A DNA stretch of 64,000 nucleotides, from NCBI RefSeq assembly GCF_006345805.1, contig NC_043005.1, positions 3,410,001-3,474,000 of the forward strand. The letters are read 5' to 3'. The notes below the pieces were generated by a model, which saw nothing but the letters and a program-made list of their open reading frames with translations, did no database searches and had not been told where the DNA came from. The DNA comes from Octopus sinensis (taxonomy: Eukaryota). Shown here piece by piece: positions 24,597 to 35,933 of this stretch (the stretch's first letter is position 1; the number at the start of each line of letters is the position of its first letter). Position numbers and translations under genes: made by a program.

Positions 24597-24686
24597 CGGG
24601 TTCCTCAACTCTCTCTTTCTTGCTTATAATTCCCCTCTTTATCTGTCTGTCTCTTTTATTTTGAGTACTTTCCTTCTTTTGTTTAG

Positions 24687-24838
24687 TTGCCATCATAAGC
24701 CAGTGCCCAAAGATCGACCGTTTTTCTGTGAGAACAGTAATGTACGAAAGTATGACTGGAACATATCTTGTTGCTCGGACTCTGCATTTTGCAACAAAAA
24801 ACTCCACCCTGTTCTTGAACCATACAAACCAGATCCTT
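24687..24838 (+). CDS. TGFBR1: Type I receptor ectodomain exon B (phase 2 to 1)
   Basis: TTTAG acceptor, T|GTAAGT donor; PKDRPFFC (cf. ALK5 PRDRPFVC) and Cys box CCSDSAFCN. Confidence 0.92.
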
Positions 24839-24898
24839 GTAAGTATTGTCAGATCTTGAAATATTTTTGGACAGTTTATTTACAGAACATTTTTTTAC

Positions 24899-25178
24899 TT
24901 GCAGTGTGGGAGGTGTTTATAAGTCATTTAAAAACACACAAAAGCCGTTAGATTCACTTCAACATTTAAATTTAATTTGCCAAAATATTTTCATGACGAA
25001 AGAAGCCGCAACCTGTTCACTGACAAAATTGCATGCTGCAGCATGGAATTTTGTCAGTGAACAGGTTGCGGCTTCTTTCGTCATGAAAATATTTTGGCAA
25101 ATTAAATTTAAATGTTGAAGTGAATCTAACGGCTTTTGTGTGTTTTTAAATGACTTATAAACACCTCCCACACTGCAA
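24899..25178. repeat. 280-bp palindrome (140-bp arms, no spacer, one mismatch)
   Basis: Centre 25038/25039 within CATGCTGCAGCATG; only mismatch is G25031/G25046; mirrored ORFs on both strands in the ORF track. Confidence 0.95.
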
Positions 25179-25245
25179 TTGTTTTTGTTTCAGCACACGA
25201 TCTCAGATCAGGTCATTTGCTATGCAAGTACATCTCTGTAATATA

Positions 25246-25386
25246 TTAGGTTGTCCCAAAAGTTCGTAAACACTTGCGAAAATTGAATTTTTACTCGCCA
25301 AGTACTAATAAAAACAACAAAAATTATTCCTCAAAATAAAGACCATTATTTTCCAAGACTTTCTACAAACTTTTGGGACAACCTTA
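25246..25386. mobile_element. Mariner-derived MITE (~140 bp)
   Basis: TIRs TTAGGTTGTCCCAAAAGTT / AACTTTTGGGACAACCTTA, TA flanks. Confidence 0.8.
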
Positions 25387-25417
25387 TATATTATATTATA
25401 TATGTGTGTGTGTGTGG

Positions 25418-25593
25418 AACATAAAAAGCACCCACTACACTCACGGAGTGGTTGGCGTTAGGAAGGGCATCCAGCTGTAGAAATACTGCCAGATCAGACT
25501 GGAGCCTGGTGCAGCCATCTGGCTTCCCAGACCCTGGTCAAACCGTCCAACCCATGCTAGCATGGAAAACGGACGTTAAATGATGATGATGAT
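25418..25593 (+). mobile_element. RTE-LINE 3' end
   Basis: Terminal hairpin and (ATG)n tail. Confidence 0.85.
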
Positions 25594-25603
25594 ATATATA
25601 TAT

Positions 25604-25665
<62 letters not shown>

Positions 25666-25839
25666 GCAAACCTACATAGTAGGCATATAAACATTACAAA
25701 TTTAATTTTTTCTCCTATCTAACAGCCATGCATGCATGACAGCTTCAGATGAATATGCACACATTAATTAATTTAATTAGTTTGTCTGTTGTTATCAATA
25801 ATGACCCAAAATATCACATTGTAGAAGACAGAGCATAGG

Positions 25840-26205
25840 GTGTCTGGCTGTGGTCCCTCAGTCCAATGCGTGCTGGGAAGGCTCCACTGCAGGTGAGGCA
25901 CTGGTGGCCTGCCGCAATGGAAGGCAAGGAGTCGGCGCTGGATTTGTGCCTCTGCAACCTGCGCTCCTGTTTTGTTTGTTGGTTCAGCTTTGCCAGGTAG
26001 GGGGGTTACATGCCTGCTTTGTCCAGGTGTTGTGATTTATCCCAAAGCTCTTCACTGAGGCTTTGAGTGTGTCCTTAAAGAACTTTTTCTGCCCACCTTG
26101 CATGCACGTATCTTCCACCCGTTCACTGTAACACAGTCTCTTGTGGAGTTGCATGTCAGACATTCAAACAAAGTGGCCTGCCCACCTTACCTGTGCTCTC
26201 CTCAG
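25840..26205 (-). mobile_element. Second RTE-clade LINE family, ORF C-terminal remnant
   Basis: Minus-strand RWAGH, QGGQKKFFKDTLKAS and zinc-knuckle-like HQCLTCSGAFPARIGLRDH. Confidence 0.75.
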
Positions 26206-26368
26206 CAGCAGCACCACCACACAGGTGCATGTAGACACACATGCGGCCACATAATTCTTATACGGATAGCTCTCATCTGTCTCTTCAATGTATACTTTAC
26301 AACATAAGAGGAACACACACACACACACACTACAGCCACATAGCTCTTATATAAATAGTTGCCATCTA

Positions 26369-27478
26369 TTAAGTTGTCGAGAAAGTTTTTGTGGAATTTT
26401 TAATTTTGGTTATAAATGATGTATTTTCAAATTAATTTTCGTTAAATTACTTTGACTTTATACATCATTTTAAAGCCCGTTTTTCACTCTATCTAATCGT
26501 GTTACTTTTTTACTTTTTGAATAATTTAGGCCATTTTTTCCGGAATGTTGAATACAACAAGGACAAAAAGCAAATTCGCACAATTTTCTTATTCCAGTTC
26601 AAGCTCACGATATCAGTGATGCATTTGGCCCAGGAACTACTAATGAATGTACAGCACTATGGTGGTTCAAGGAATTTCGTAGTGGTGACGGGAGTTTTGA
26701 AGATGATAAGCGTAGTGGTCGGCCATCAGATGCTGACAACAATCAACTAAGAGCCTTAGTCAAAGCCAATCCACACACAAATGTTTGAGAGCTTGCTTCT
26801 GAATTAGATGTAACGTGTATGACAATTTCCAACCACTTGAAAGAGATTGGAAAAACAAAAATACTTTTTGAAGTGTCGTCTTCCCTTCTTTTATGCAACA
26901 AGAATGACCCGTTTCTCAACCAGATTGTGACTTATGATGGAAAGTGGATTCTTTACGACAACCGGTGATGCTCAGCTCAGTGGTTGGACGCCGACGAAGC
27001 TCTACGTCACTTCTCAAAGCCAAAGTTGCACCAAAATGTCAAGGTGACTGTCTGGTGGTCTGCGGCTGGTCTCATCCATCACAGCTTTTTGGATCCAGGC
27101 GAAACCATTATGGCAGAGAAGTACTGTCAGCAAATGGATGAAATTCATAAGAAACTCCGACAACAACAGCCAGCATTGGTCAATTGAAAAGGACCAATTC
27201 TTCTCCACTACAACGCTCGGTCGCATGTCGTACAACTGACCCTGCAGAAGTTGAACGAATTGGGCTACAGAACTCTGCCTCATCCGCCATACCAGACCTC
27301 TTGCCGACCAACTACCACTTTTTCAAGCATTTTGACAACTTCCTGCATAAGAAATGCTTCATAAACCAAGACGATGCCAAACACGCCTTCAATGACTTCA
27401 TGGCCACCGGAATGCAGCCAAGATATGTGCATCTGAATTTAAAGGTTAAAAACTGCAAGAACTTTCTTGACAACCTAA
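26369..27478 (+). mobile_element. Internally deleted mariner, Hsmar1/cecropia-like transposase pseudogene
   Basis: TIRs TTAAGTTGTCGAGAAAGTT / AACTTTCTTGACAACCTAA, TA flanks; peptides KKQIRTIFLFQFK, VTVWWSAAGLIH, YHFFKHFDNFL. Confidence 0.9.
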
Positions 27479-27519
27479 TACATTTCCTCAACTAATATTT
27501 TACTTGTGTGAAGTCGGCA

Positions 27520-27715
27520 AGCTTTCAGAATTGTTAGCATGCTGGGCACAATGCTTAGCAACATTTCAACTCTCTTTGTGTTCTGAGTTCAAATTCTGCA
27601 GAAGTTTGACTTTACCTTTCATCATTTCAGGGTTGATAAAGTAAGTACCAGTCACAAAAAAGTGGGGTCAGTGTAATCGACCCCTACCTTGTGCCAAAAT
27701 TTGAAATCAAAATTT
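27520..27715 (+). mobile_element. SINE family 2 copy ending just before the exon C acceptor
   Basis: CAGAATTGTTAGCATGCTGGGC head, GAGTTCAAATTC B-box. Confidence 0.7.
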
Positions 27716-27731
27716 TACTTGTTCGTTACAG

Positions 27732-27953
27732 CAAGAAGTGGATCTGAAGGAATGGACCTAACTAATACCGTAGTCATCACAATATGTGTTGGAGTGATCC
27801 TTCTGTTGCTGCTTATTGCATTCATCTACTTCTGCCAACGCCGGTCACAGATCTACTTGCCTGCTAACTCCACAGTTGACCGCTTCCAGGCCATGCAATG
27901 TGGCAGTCTGAGAAGTCTTATTGAAGACTGGTCCCCTTCTGGTTCCGGTTCAG
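27732..27953 (+). CDS. TGFBR1: Type I receptor exon C: transmembrane helix and start of GS domain (phase 1 to 1)
   Basis: TTACAG acceptor, G|GTCAGT donor; VVITICVGVILLLLLIAFIYFC then SPSGSGS. Confidence 0.93.
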
Positions 27954-28425
27954 GTCAGTTTGGACATTTTTGATGTTTTATTCTTCGTTGTTGATAGTAT
28001 TTATGATGATGCTGATGGTGATGATAGTCATCATCATCATCAGCATTATCATTATTGCTATTTGTGTATGTGTACTCTCCACAAACACCACCACCACCAC
28101 CACCACCACCAACATATCCAGCTGTAGAATCCGTGCCGTAACTGACATTTGGCACTTGCTGCAGCTCCTGTCAAACTGTCCAACCCATGCCAGCATGGAA
28201 AAATGGATGTTAAATGATGATGTAATTTGTAGTTTTGGTGTGTCTGTGTGTGTCACATGTATATGTAATTGTATGTGTAGTGTGTATGTTTGTGTGTAAT
28301 ATATGTATTTGCGTGTGTGTAAGGGTAGGCAGCAGGCATTGTCACGTGGCTAAGAAGTTTGTGTCTCCTATTAGAGCCTCGAAACTGGAAATGGTTGGCA
28401 GAAACAGTTTGGAAAGCCATAGTGA

Positions 28426-28516
28426 GTGTGTTTGTGTATGAGTGTTATGTGTGTGGGTGTGTTTGTGTATGAGTGTTATGTGTGTGGGTGTGTTTGTGTA
28501 TGAGTGTTATGTGTGT
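28426..28516. repeat. 31-bp tandem repeat x3
   Basis: Unit GTGTGTTTGTGTATGAGTGTTATGTGTGTGG. Confidence 0.85.
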
Positions 28517-28588
28517 CTCTACTTTCCCGGTTGTGTGTTGATATTGTGTATGTCCTGAAAAGAGGGAAAACCTTGACCCCTTTTAGAC

Positions 28589-30168
28589 CAGTGATTCTCG
28601 ACCATATTATACCTATGGATCCCTTTGATCCTTATTTTACTCTGCTGGACCCTTACAACTATTTAATGTTTAAAGAGAAACTTATAATTTTTCGTTGTTA
28701 ATACGTTTATTCATACACTGTTACGAAAATTTAACCTTTTTTAAGATACTTTCAAGCCTTCGCCATAACTTGATTATCTTCCTATCTCTCTCTCTACAAT
28801 ATTTAACCGCAGGCTGCCTCAAGCCGTAATCCATCTTTTTCCCATCTTTCAGTCATTGGCGGTCTTCTTTTTCCTCCTCTTCTTCTTCATATGCTAAACT
28901 TGAAAACCGCCATTACTATTACTATTACGATTCTGCAATTTAAATTCCCAGTTCAACTACTTTCTTCTTCAATTTCAACTCCCGCTCGATGACCGCAGCA
29001 AGTTCTTAAAAAATTTATCTTACTATATTTTTTATTCGTTGTTAATACGTTTATTCATACACTGTTACGAAAATTTAACCTTTTTTAAGATACTTTCAAG
29101 CCTTCGCCATAACTTGATTTATCTTCCTATCTCTCTCTCTACAATATTTAACCGCAGGCTGCCTCAAGCCGTAATCCCATCTTTTTCCCATCTTTCAGTC
29201 ATTGGAGGTGCGCCCGCCCCCCCACCCCCACCACCAATACCGTTGAACACTGTTCTCACCCCCACCCCCACCACCAATACCGTTGAACACTGTTCTCACC
29301 CCCACCACCAATACCGTTGAACACTGTTCTCACCCCCACCCCCACCACCAATACCGTTGAACACTGTTCTCACCCCCACCACCAATACCGTTGAACACTG
29401 TTCTCACCCCCCCCACCACCAATACCAGTATACCCCGTCTCTCTATCTACACCGGATACACCTTACTCATCTACACTGGGTACGCCCTACTCCCTCCTCC
29501 TCCTCCCACTACCACTTCTCCTCATATGCTTAAGACAAGCTGCTAGCGCCATAGCTCATCAACTGCCCACCGATCTTACGCTTCCTCCTGACACTGCCTC
29601 AATCCGACCATCCCCTTTTAGTACCCTCCCGCCTCGTCACCTACCCATTCTAAGTACCCCCCACCCATTCTAAGTACCCCCCTACCCATTCTAAGTACCC
29701 CGGATCCCCAAAGTACCCCGGATCCCCAAAATACCCCAATCCCCAAAGTACCCCGGACCTCGTTGCCCCCGTGCCGCTGACACGTTAAAATGCTCGAATC
29801 CGATCGTGACGATGCCGGACCCTCCGGCCCCTGTGCAGGTGGCACGTAAAAAGCACCCAATCCACTCACGGAGTGGTTGGCGTTAGGAAGGGCATCCAGC
29901 CGTAGAAACTCTGCCAGATTCAGACTGGAGCCTGGAGCGGCCCCTGGCTTCCCAGACCCGGTCAAACCGTCCAACCCGTGCTAGCGCGGAAAGCGGACGT
30001 TAAACGATGATGATGATGATGATGATGATGATATCGTTAGGAATTTCATGAGAAAATTCTTAGAATATGTTGTATATTGTAGAAGTATAACCGATTTGTT
30101 GCACATAAATTTATTTCAATAAACTCTTGACCCCCAAGGTTCTTGTGGACCCTGGTTGGAAACCACTG
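28589..30168. mobile_element. Non-autonomous hAT (Charlie-like) element with internal duplications and a nested RTE 3' end (29760-30030)
   Basis: Termini CAGTGATTCTCGACC / GGTTGGAAACCACTG; TSD TTTTAGAC (28581-28588) vs ATTTAGAC (30169-30176). Confidence 0.75.
29221..29426. repeat. C-rich 34/40-bp minisatellite, 5 full units plus a partial
   Basis: Core CAATACCGTTGAACACTGTTCTCACC separated by CCCACC runs. Confidence 0.9.
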
Positions 30169-30326
30169 ATTTAGACAGTGCTAATGTTTACTGTAAAAAG
30201 ATCTCCTTTTGTTTTATGGCTCACCATATGAAAGACTGACGGATTAAATACCTAAGTTGGAAATGAATTATTGGTAGTGACATAAAACTGCTTCAGCAAG
30301 TTTTGTTTGCTATTGTAGAAAAGGCA

Positions 30327-30725
30327 CAAATGTGATCATTGACAGAGCGGCTAACCGGCTTCCGTGCCAGTGGCACTTAAGAGGCACCATTCGAGCATGA
30401 TTGTTGCCAGAGCAGATATCTGGCCTCCATGCTGGTGGCACATAAAAGACACCATTCGAGCATGATCGTTACCAGCATTGCCTTACTGGCACCTGTGCCG
30501 GTGGCATGTGTAAAAGATTCGAGCAAGGCCATTGCCAGCACTGCCTGACTGGCACGTGAAAAGCACCCACTACACTCTCGGAGTGGTTGGCGTTAGGAAG
30601 GGCATCCAGCTGTAGAAACTCTGCCAGATCAAGATTGGGGCCTGGTGCAGCCATCTGGTTCGCCAGACCTCAGTCAAACCATCCAACCCATTCTAGCATA
30701 GAAAGCGGATGTTAAACGATGATGA
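30327..30725 (+). mobile_element. RTE-LINE 3' end
   Basis: Module array, hairpin, tail. Confidence 0.85.
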
Positions 30726-30782
30726 AGTTGGTGGTTGTATGACTTGAGCATGTTGAACAAATAGTTCAGTGCCTGTTGCTAT

Positions 30783-31085
30783 AGGGAGCACTCCGTCGGC
30801 TACGAGGGAACTGCTTGCTCGTGAAATTAGCGTGCAAGTGGCTGAGCTCTCCACAGGCACGTACATGTACCCTTAATGTTATTCTCAGGGAGATTCAACA
30901 TGACACTGTGTGACAAGGGTGGCCTTTTGAAATTCAGGTACTACTCACTTTTGCCAGCTGAGTGGACTGGAGCAACGTGAAATAAAATGTCTTGCTCAAG
31001 GACACAACACATCGCCGGGAATTGAACTCACGACCTTACAATCATGAGCCGAATGCCCTAACCACTAGGCCACATGCCTTCACAT
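30783..31085 (-). mobile_element. SINE head type 4 with tail X
   Basis: Reverse-complement match to 23516-23812. Confidence 0.75.
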
Positions 31086-31315
31086 GCATGTTGCTATATA
31101 TCGGTGGTAAGTGCAAAATAATTTTTAATCAGTTGAAATTGTAGCTAGAATGAGAAGAAAATTATTTTGTGTTGATGAAGTCTCACAAGGGATAAGAGAG
31201 AGAGAGAGAGAACTTTCTGAAATTTCAATTGACCAAAATTTAAAAGGTGGTGTTGATCTTTAGCAACTCCCAGTATTTCTGTTATAGAGTTCTTTGGTCA
31301 CTTGGCAAGCAATAC

Positions 31316-31712
31316 TGGACAGGTCATAGCTTCTATGTCAGTGTGCTGTGTCCCAAGTGATGAAACTGTTGGCTTGTCTCTTGTGTGGTAAAACCAAACT
31401 GGCACTGGTTATGATGACAAAGGTTCCAGTTGATTTGATCGACAGAACAGCCCTCTCGTGAAATTAACATGCACGTGGCTGAGTACTCCATAGATACGCA
31501 TGCCCTTAACATAGTTCTCAAGGAGATTCAGTGTGATACAGCGTGATAAGGTTGGTCCCCTTGTGAATTACAGGTACAACTCATTTTTGACAGCTGTGTG
31601 GACTGGAGCAGTGTGAAAATGAAGTGTCTCGCTCAAGGACTCGGCATGCTGCTAGGAACTGAACTCACGACCTTACGATCATGATCTGAATACCCCTAAC
31701 CACTTAACCACA
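31316..31712 (-). mobile_element. SINE head type 4 with tail X
   Basis: Reverse-complement match to 23516-23812. Confidence 0.7.
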
Positions 31713-31847
31713 TACCTTCCCTAACAGTTATATACTGGTGTCAATTCAATCTATCACATCCTGTTTCTCCACAAAGCTTTGTGTGTCAGTATGAACGACC
31801 CTTATTTGTTCGTTGTGTCACGATGCAATCCCCTCTTTTTGTTGCAG

Positions 31848-32078
31848 GTCTTCCTCTCCTTGTTCAGCGAACCATAGCAAGACAGATACGGCTCATAGAG
31901 ATTATTGGAAAAGGCCGTTATGGTGAAGTGTGGCGGGGACAGTGGCGGGGTGAGTCGGTGGCGGTGAAGATCTTCTCCTCACGAGATGAACGTTCGTGGT
32001 TTCGTGAGGCTGAAATTTACCAAACAGTGATGCTTCGTCATGAGAACATTCTTGGTTTTGTTGGAGCTGATAATAAGG
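31848..32078 (+). CDS. TGFBR1: Type I receptor exon D: GS end and kinase subdomains I-IV (231 nt)
   Basis: TTGCAG acceptor, G|GTAAGA donor; [38 protein letters not shown]. Confidence 0.97.
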
Positions 32079-32212
32079 GTAAGAAACTGGATTTTGGTAA
32101 AGTAAATACTGGTTCAGTCTCAGTGGCAGCTTAAGAAATTCTTTCGAAAATCCCTTTTTTTTATTAAAAAAAAAATTTTTTTTAAGAAGCAGTGTGGCCA
32201 ATGCTGGTTTCG

Positions 32213-32570
32213 TGTCAGTGGCACCCATGCTGCTGTCATGGAACTAACACCCATGCTGGTGGCATGTAATAAGCATTTTTCAAGTGCTGGGCCTCATGGA
32301 GGCAATGACAAATGGCTGAGAACTTTGACAATATGCTGTGCTTGATAAGGAAGATCCATCAAACCAAGTGAAATTGTAGTCATGGTAGATATTGGTGTTA
32401 TGCAACTGTTACCAGTGCTGGTGGCGCATAAAAGCATCTGTTACACTCTTGGGAGTGGTTGGTATTAGGAAGGGCATCCAGCCGTAGAAACCAGCCCCCT
32501 CACCTTAACAACCCTGATCAAACCGTCCAACCCATGCCAGCATGCACAATGGACTTTAAATGATGATGAC
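32213..32570 (+). mobile_element. RTE-LINE 3' end (diverged)
   Basis: Family 3' sequence and tail. Confidence 0.75.
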
Positions 32571-33559
32571 ATCAGAATTTAATCGCTCCCTGAAATTTTC
32601 CATCCTAATCTTTTGGTAGTTACTATAGTGTTAGAGCGTCATCTTCCATTAGGTTGCCTGGGTAACAAAAGCTATCAACAACTACTGTGGAGTCTTCTAA
32701 TCACTGAAAAATATTTCATCTCACTGATGTTTAACTGAATAAATATATTATCATTTATTTCATTTCAATTGTTTTGTTCACCTAAAATTCTTCAAGGCAG
32801 TGCCCCAGCATGGTCACAGTCTAATGAGTGAAACCTTGCCAGATCAGACTGGGGCCTGGTGCAGCCTTCTGGCTTGCCAGTCCTCAGTCAAACCGTCCAA
32901 CCCATGCCAGCGTGGAAAGTGGACGTTAAATGATGTTGACAATGATGATGATGATTATTATTATTACTGTTGATGGGCATTCCAAGTGTTAGAAATAGTA
33001 GAGCAACAAGTAAAATGCCTGGTGGTAGTTACATTCCTTTACATTCTCAGTTATTATTACTAGTAAATCCACCTGTCTACGATGGAGGCATAACACGAGG
33101 GAAGGAAGTCATAACAGCAGTATGTATTGAGAAATGTGTAAACGGACTTTGATAGATTACTGGGTGATGTCTCAGAGAAATCACATTGTTGTTGGTGATA
33201 CAGCATTCTATTGCAGCTGTATGGCATGTGTTTGCGACTAAGGGAGATGTGATGACGATTCACTCCCAAACTGAAATAGGCTCCCAGCCCCTGTATCATG
33301 AATGGTTATGTGGACCACTCCTAATAAAAGCCAGAACTTTCTTCGACCACTACATAAAAAGTATTAAGAGAAAAATGTTATTTAGATATACTTTTATTTT
33401 AGTTGTTTACACTATTTTACGCTTGTTTATACTCTTACACATTCAAAGTTCACAAAGTTCCTTATTTAAATTATGAACTGTATTCCTTTCAATAATAATA
33501 TGATTACAAAACTTCTTTGTAGATGATATTTTCTGTTTGGTTGATACTAATTTTCACAT

Positions 33560-34000
33560 AAAATGCACCATTTGTACATGGCCATTGCCAGTGATGCCTG
33601 ACTGGCTCCCATACCAGTGGCACATAAAAAGCACCATTCAAGCGTGGTCGATGACAGTACCGGCTGACTGGTCCCGTGCTGGTGACACTTAAAAAGCACC
33701 ATACAAGCATGGTCATTGCTAGTGCCGCCTGACTGGCTCTTGTGCCGGTGACACGTAAAAAGCACCATTCATGTGTGGTCGATGCCAGTACCACCTGACT
33801 GGCCCTTATGCTAGTTGCACATAAAAAGCACCCACTACACTCTCTGAGTGGTTGGCGTTAGGAAGGGCATCCAGCTGTAGAAACTGTGCCAGATCAGATT
33901 GGAGCCTGGTGCAGCCATCTAGCTTGCCAGCTCTCAGTGAAACCATCCAACCCATGCCAGCATGGAAAGTAGACGTTAAACGACAACGATGACGATGATG
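33560..34000 (+). mobile_element. RTE-LINE 3' end
   Basis: About 5 modules, hairpin, tail. Confidence 0.85.
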
Positions 34001-34349
34001 TTGCTCTACTCATTGCAATATATGACTGGCTGAGTGTAAACATTGGACTGAGTAAAAATACTCCTACACAATCTAAAGTCTGGCCCGGTGCCTTGTTTGC
34101 TGTGAATGTGTGAGCAGAATCTTTAAGGTTGCAAAATATCAAACTAAGACTTACTTCTCACTGTTCTATGCGAATAGTGTCTGGATGTTCTGGTACTATG
34201 GGTTATTTTGATTGACAGAACTGAGATTTAAACAACAGCCTCTTCGATTAGCTGTTTTGAATCCTGCTCAAGACTGACACACTCCAATAACCACTTCATA
34301 ATCACACACACACACATTATATACTGACACACACTTTTCCCATTTTATT

Positions 34350-35630
34350 TTCGCTATTAACCATCCTCACGATCCCCTTTATATCTACAATGGGGCCACG
34401 AACTATATGATGAAAATCCAGAGTTACTCATGGTTGGTGAATTTTTAATAATGCAAAGGGGGTTTATCAATTCAAAAATCGATATCCATGAAATAATCAT
34501 ACTTTCTGATTTTTTAATGCTAAAAGCCTTCCTGATGACCATCTTTGTGATCCCCAAAAGTATTGAAATCCTTGGTCCAGCTGTCTGGCCATGAAGAGGG
34601 AACAAACAGAGAAGGACATAACGCCCATTATAGTAAGACATCAAATCTGCCCCTTTATGATAGGAAATAAAGGGATAGTACCACAAATTTAAACCCTCTA
34701 AATTCACGAACTGTATGGGGATGGGGACGGAATCCAGGGTTAATTCTCGTCACTGAAATTTTAACAAAAAAAAAAACGATGATTTATTAATACAAAATTC
34801 AATATCCACTAAATAATTATACTTGTTCACATTTTTTTCTGCTAAAAACCTTTCTGATTACCTCTTTTGTAATCCTGAAAAACATCGTGACCATTGGTTC
34901 AGCCGTTTGAGTGTAAAGAGAGAACAGACAGACACAATGCCGATTATAGTAAGATTACTGGTCCAATAAATTGTTGGAAGTTGGCATGAAAATGCCATGC
35001 GGAGGTTTTGGCTTGACATTATGAGTTCAAATCTTGTCACAGTCAACTTTGCCTTTCATCCTTTTAGGATCAATAAAATACTAGTCAAATGCTAGGGTCG
35101 ACTGAATGGACCAACCTGCTCCCTCAAAAACTGCTGGCCTTGTGCCATAATAAAAAATTATTATTATTATTGACACAATTGCCCTGAGTTTGTGTGAGGT
35201 TTGCTCGCCAGAGGCTGGTTTCTATAAGAATTCTGCCTTAAGTAAGGGACATAACTCTGTATGGGTCGGTATTTCTTGAGAAAGAACAGCCTCTCCTTCA
35301 CGAGTGAATTAATTAAACAGTAAGAAAAGGTGTCTGGCCATGAAGAGGGAAGAAACAGAGGCGGACATAACGCCCATTATAGTAAGACATCAAATCTGCC
35401 CATTTACGATAGGAAATAATCACAAATTTAAACCGTCTAAATTCACGTACTATATGGGGATGGGGACGGAATCCATGCAGCCACGGAAAAGAGTTGTCAA
35501 AAAGATAAGAAGCCAAAATATAATTAAAACTGTGTGTCCTCCTCCTCGCTTACATTCTAACTTTACCTTTCTTCCAATATTAATAAAATACACTCATTTC
35601 TGAAATGTAGGTTCAAATCAATAACAGACT
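34350..35630 (+). mobile_element. Cluster of related repeats with ATTATAGTAAGA(C/T) ends, possibly non-autonomous Helitrons
   Basis: 34582-34740 duplicated at 35333-35478; three ATTATAGTAAGA motifs; ACAGACAGAC tract. Confidence 0.35.
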
Positions 35631-35732
35631 TCTCCCTTACAACTTTGTGCCCATTTACCAATGATACCAGATGCTGTTGTAAATAAATTTCTCAATCTGA
35701 TATTAAAACAAAAAACGTTTTCTCTTTTTCAG

Positions 35733-35900
35733 ATGATGGTACCTGGACTCAATTGTGGTTGGTTACTGATTATCACGAAAATGGTTCACTTTATGATTTT
35801 TTAAACAAGAATGTTATTACAAAACAAGATTTGATCAAAATAGCCCTTTCAATTGCTTGTGGTTTGGCTCATTTGCATATGCAGATATTAGGGGTACAAG
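35733..35900 (+). CDS. TGFBR1: Type I receptor exon E: L45 loop to subdomain VIa (168 nt; absent from ORF track)
   Basis: TTTTCAG acceptor, G|GTAAGT donor; [25 protein letters not shown]...[13 protein letters not shown]. Confidence 0.97.
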
Positions 35901-35933
35901 GTAAGTGTGAACTACACTGATATCTGAAACTGG

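Noticed and set aside
29221-29426. Repeat-spacer appearance (CRISPR-like), also the RTE modules
   Set aside because: Spacers are not unique, there are no cas genes, and the context is eukaryotic
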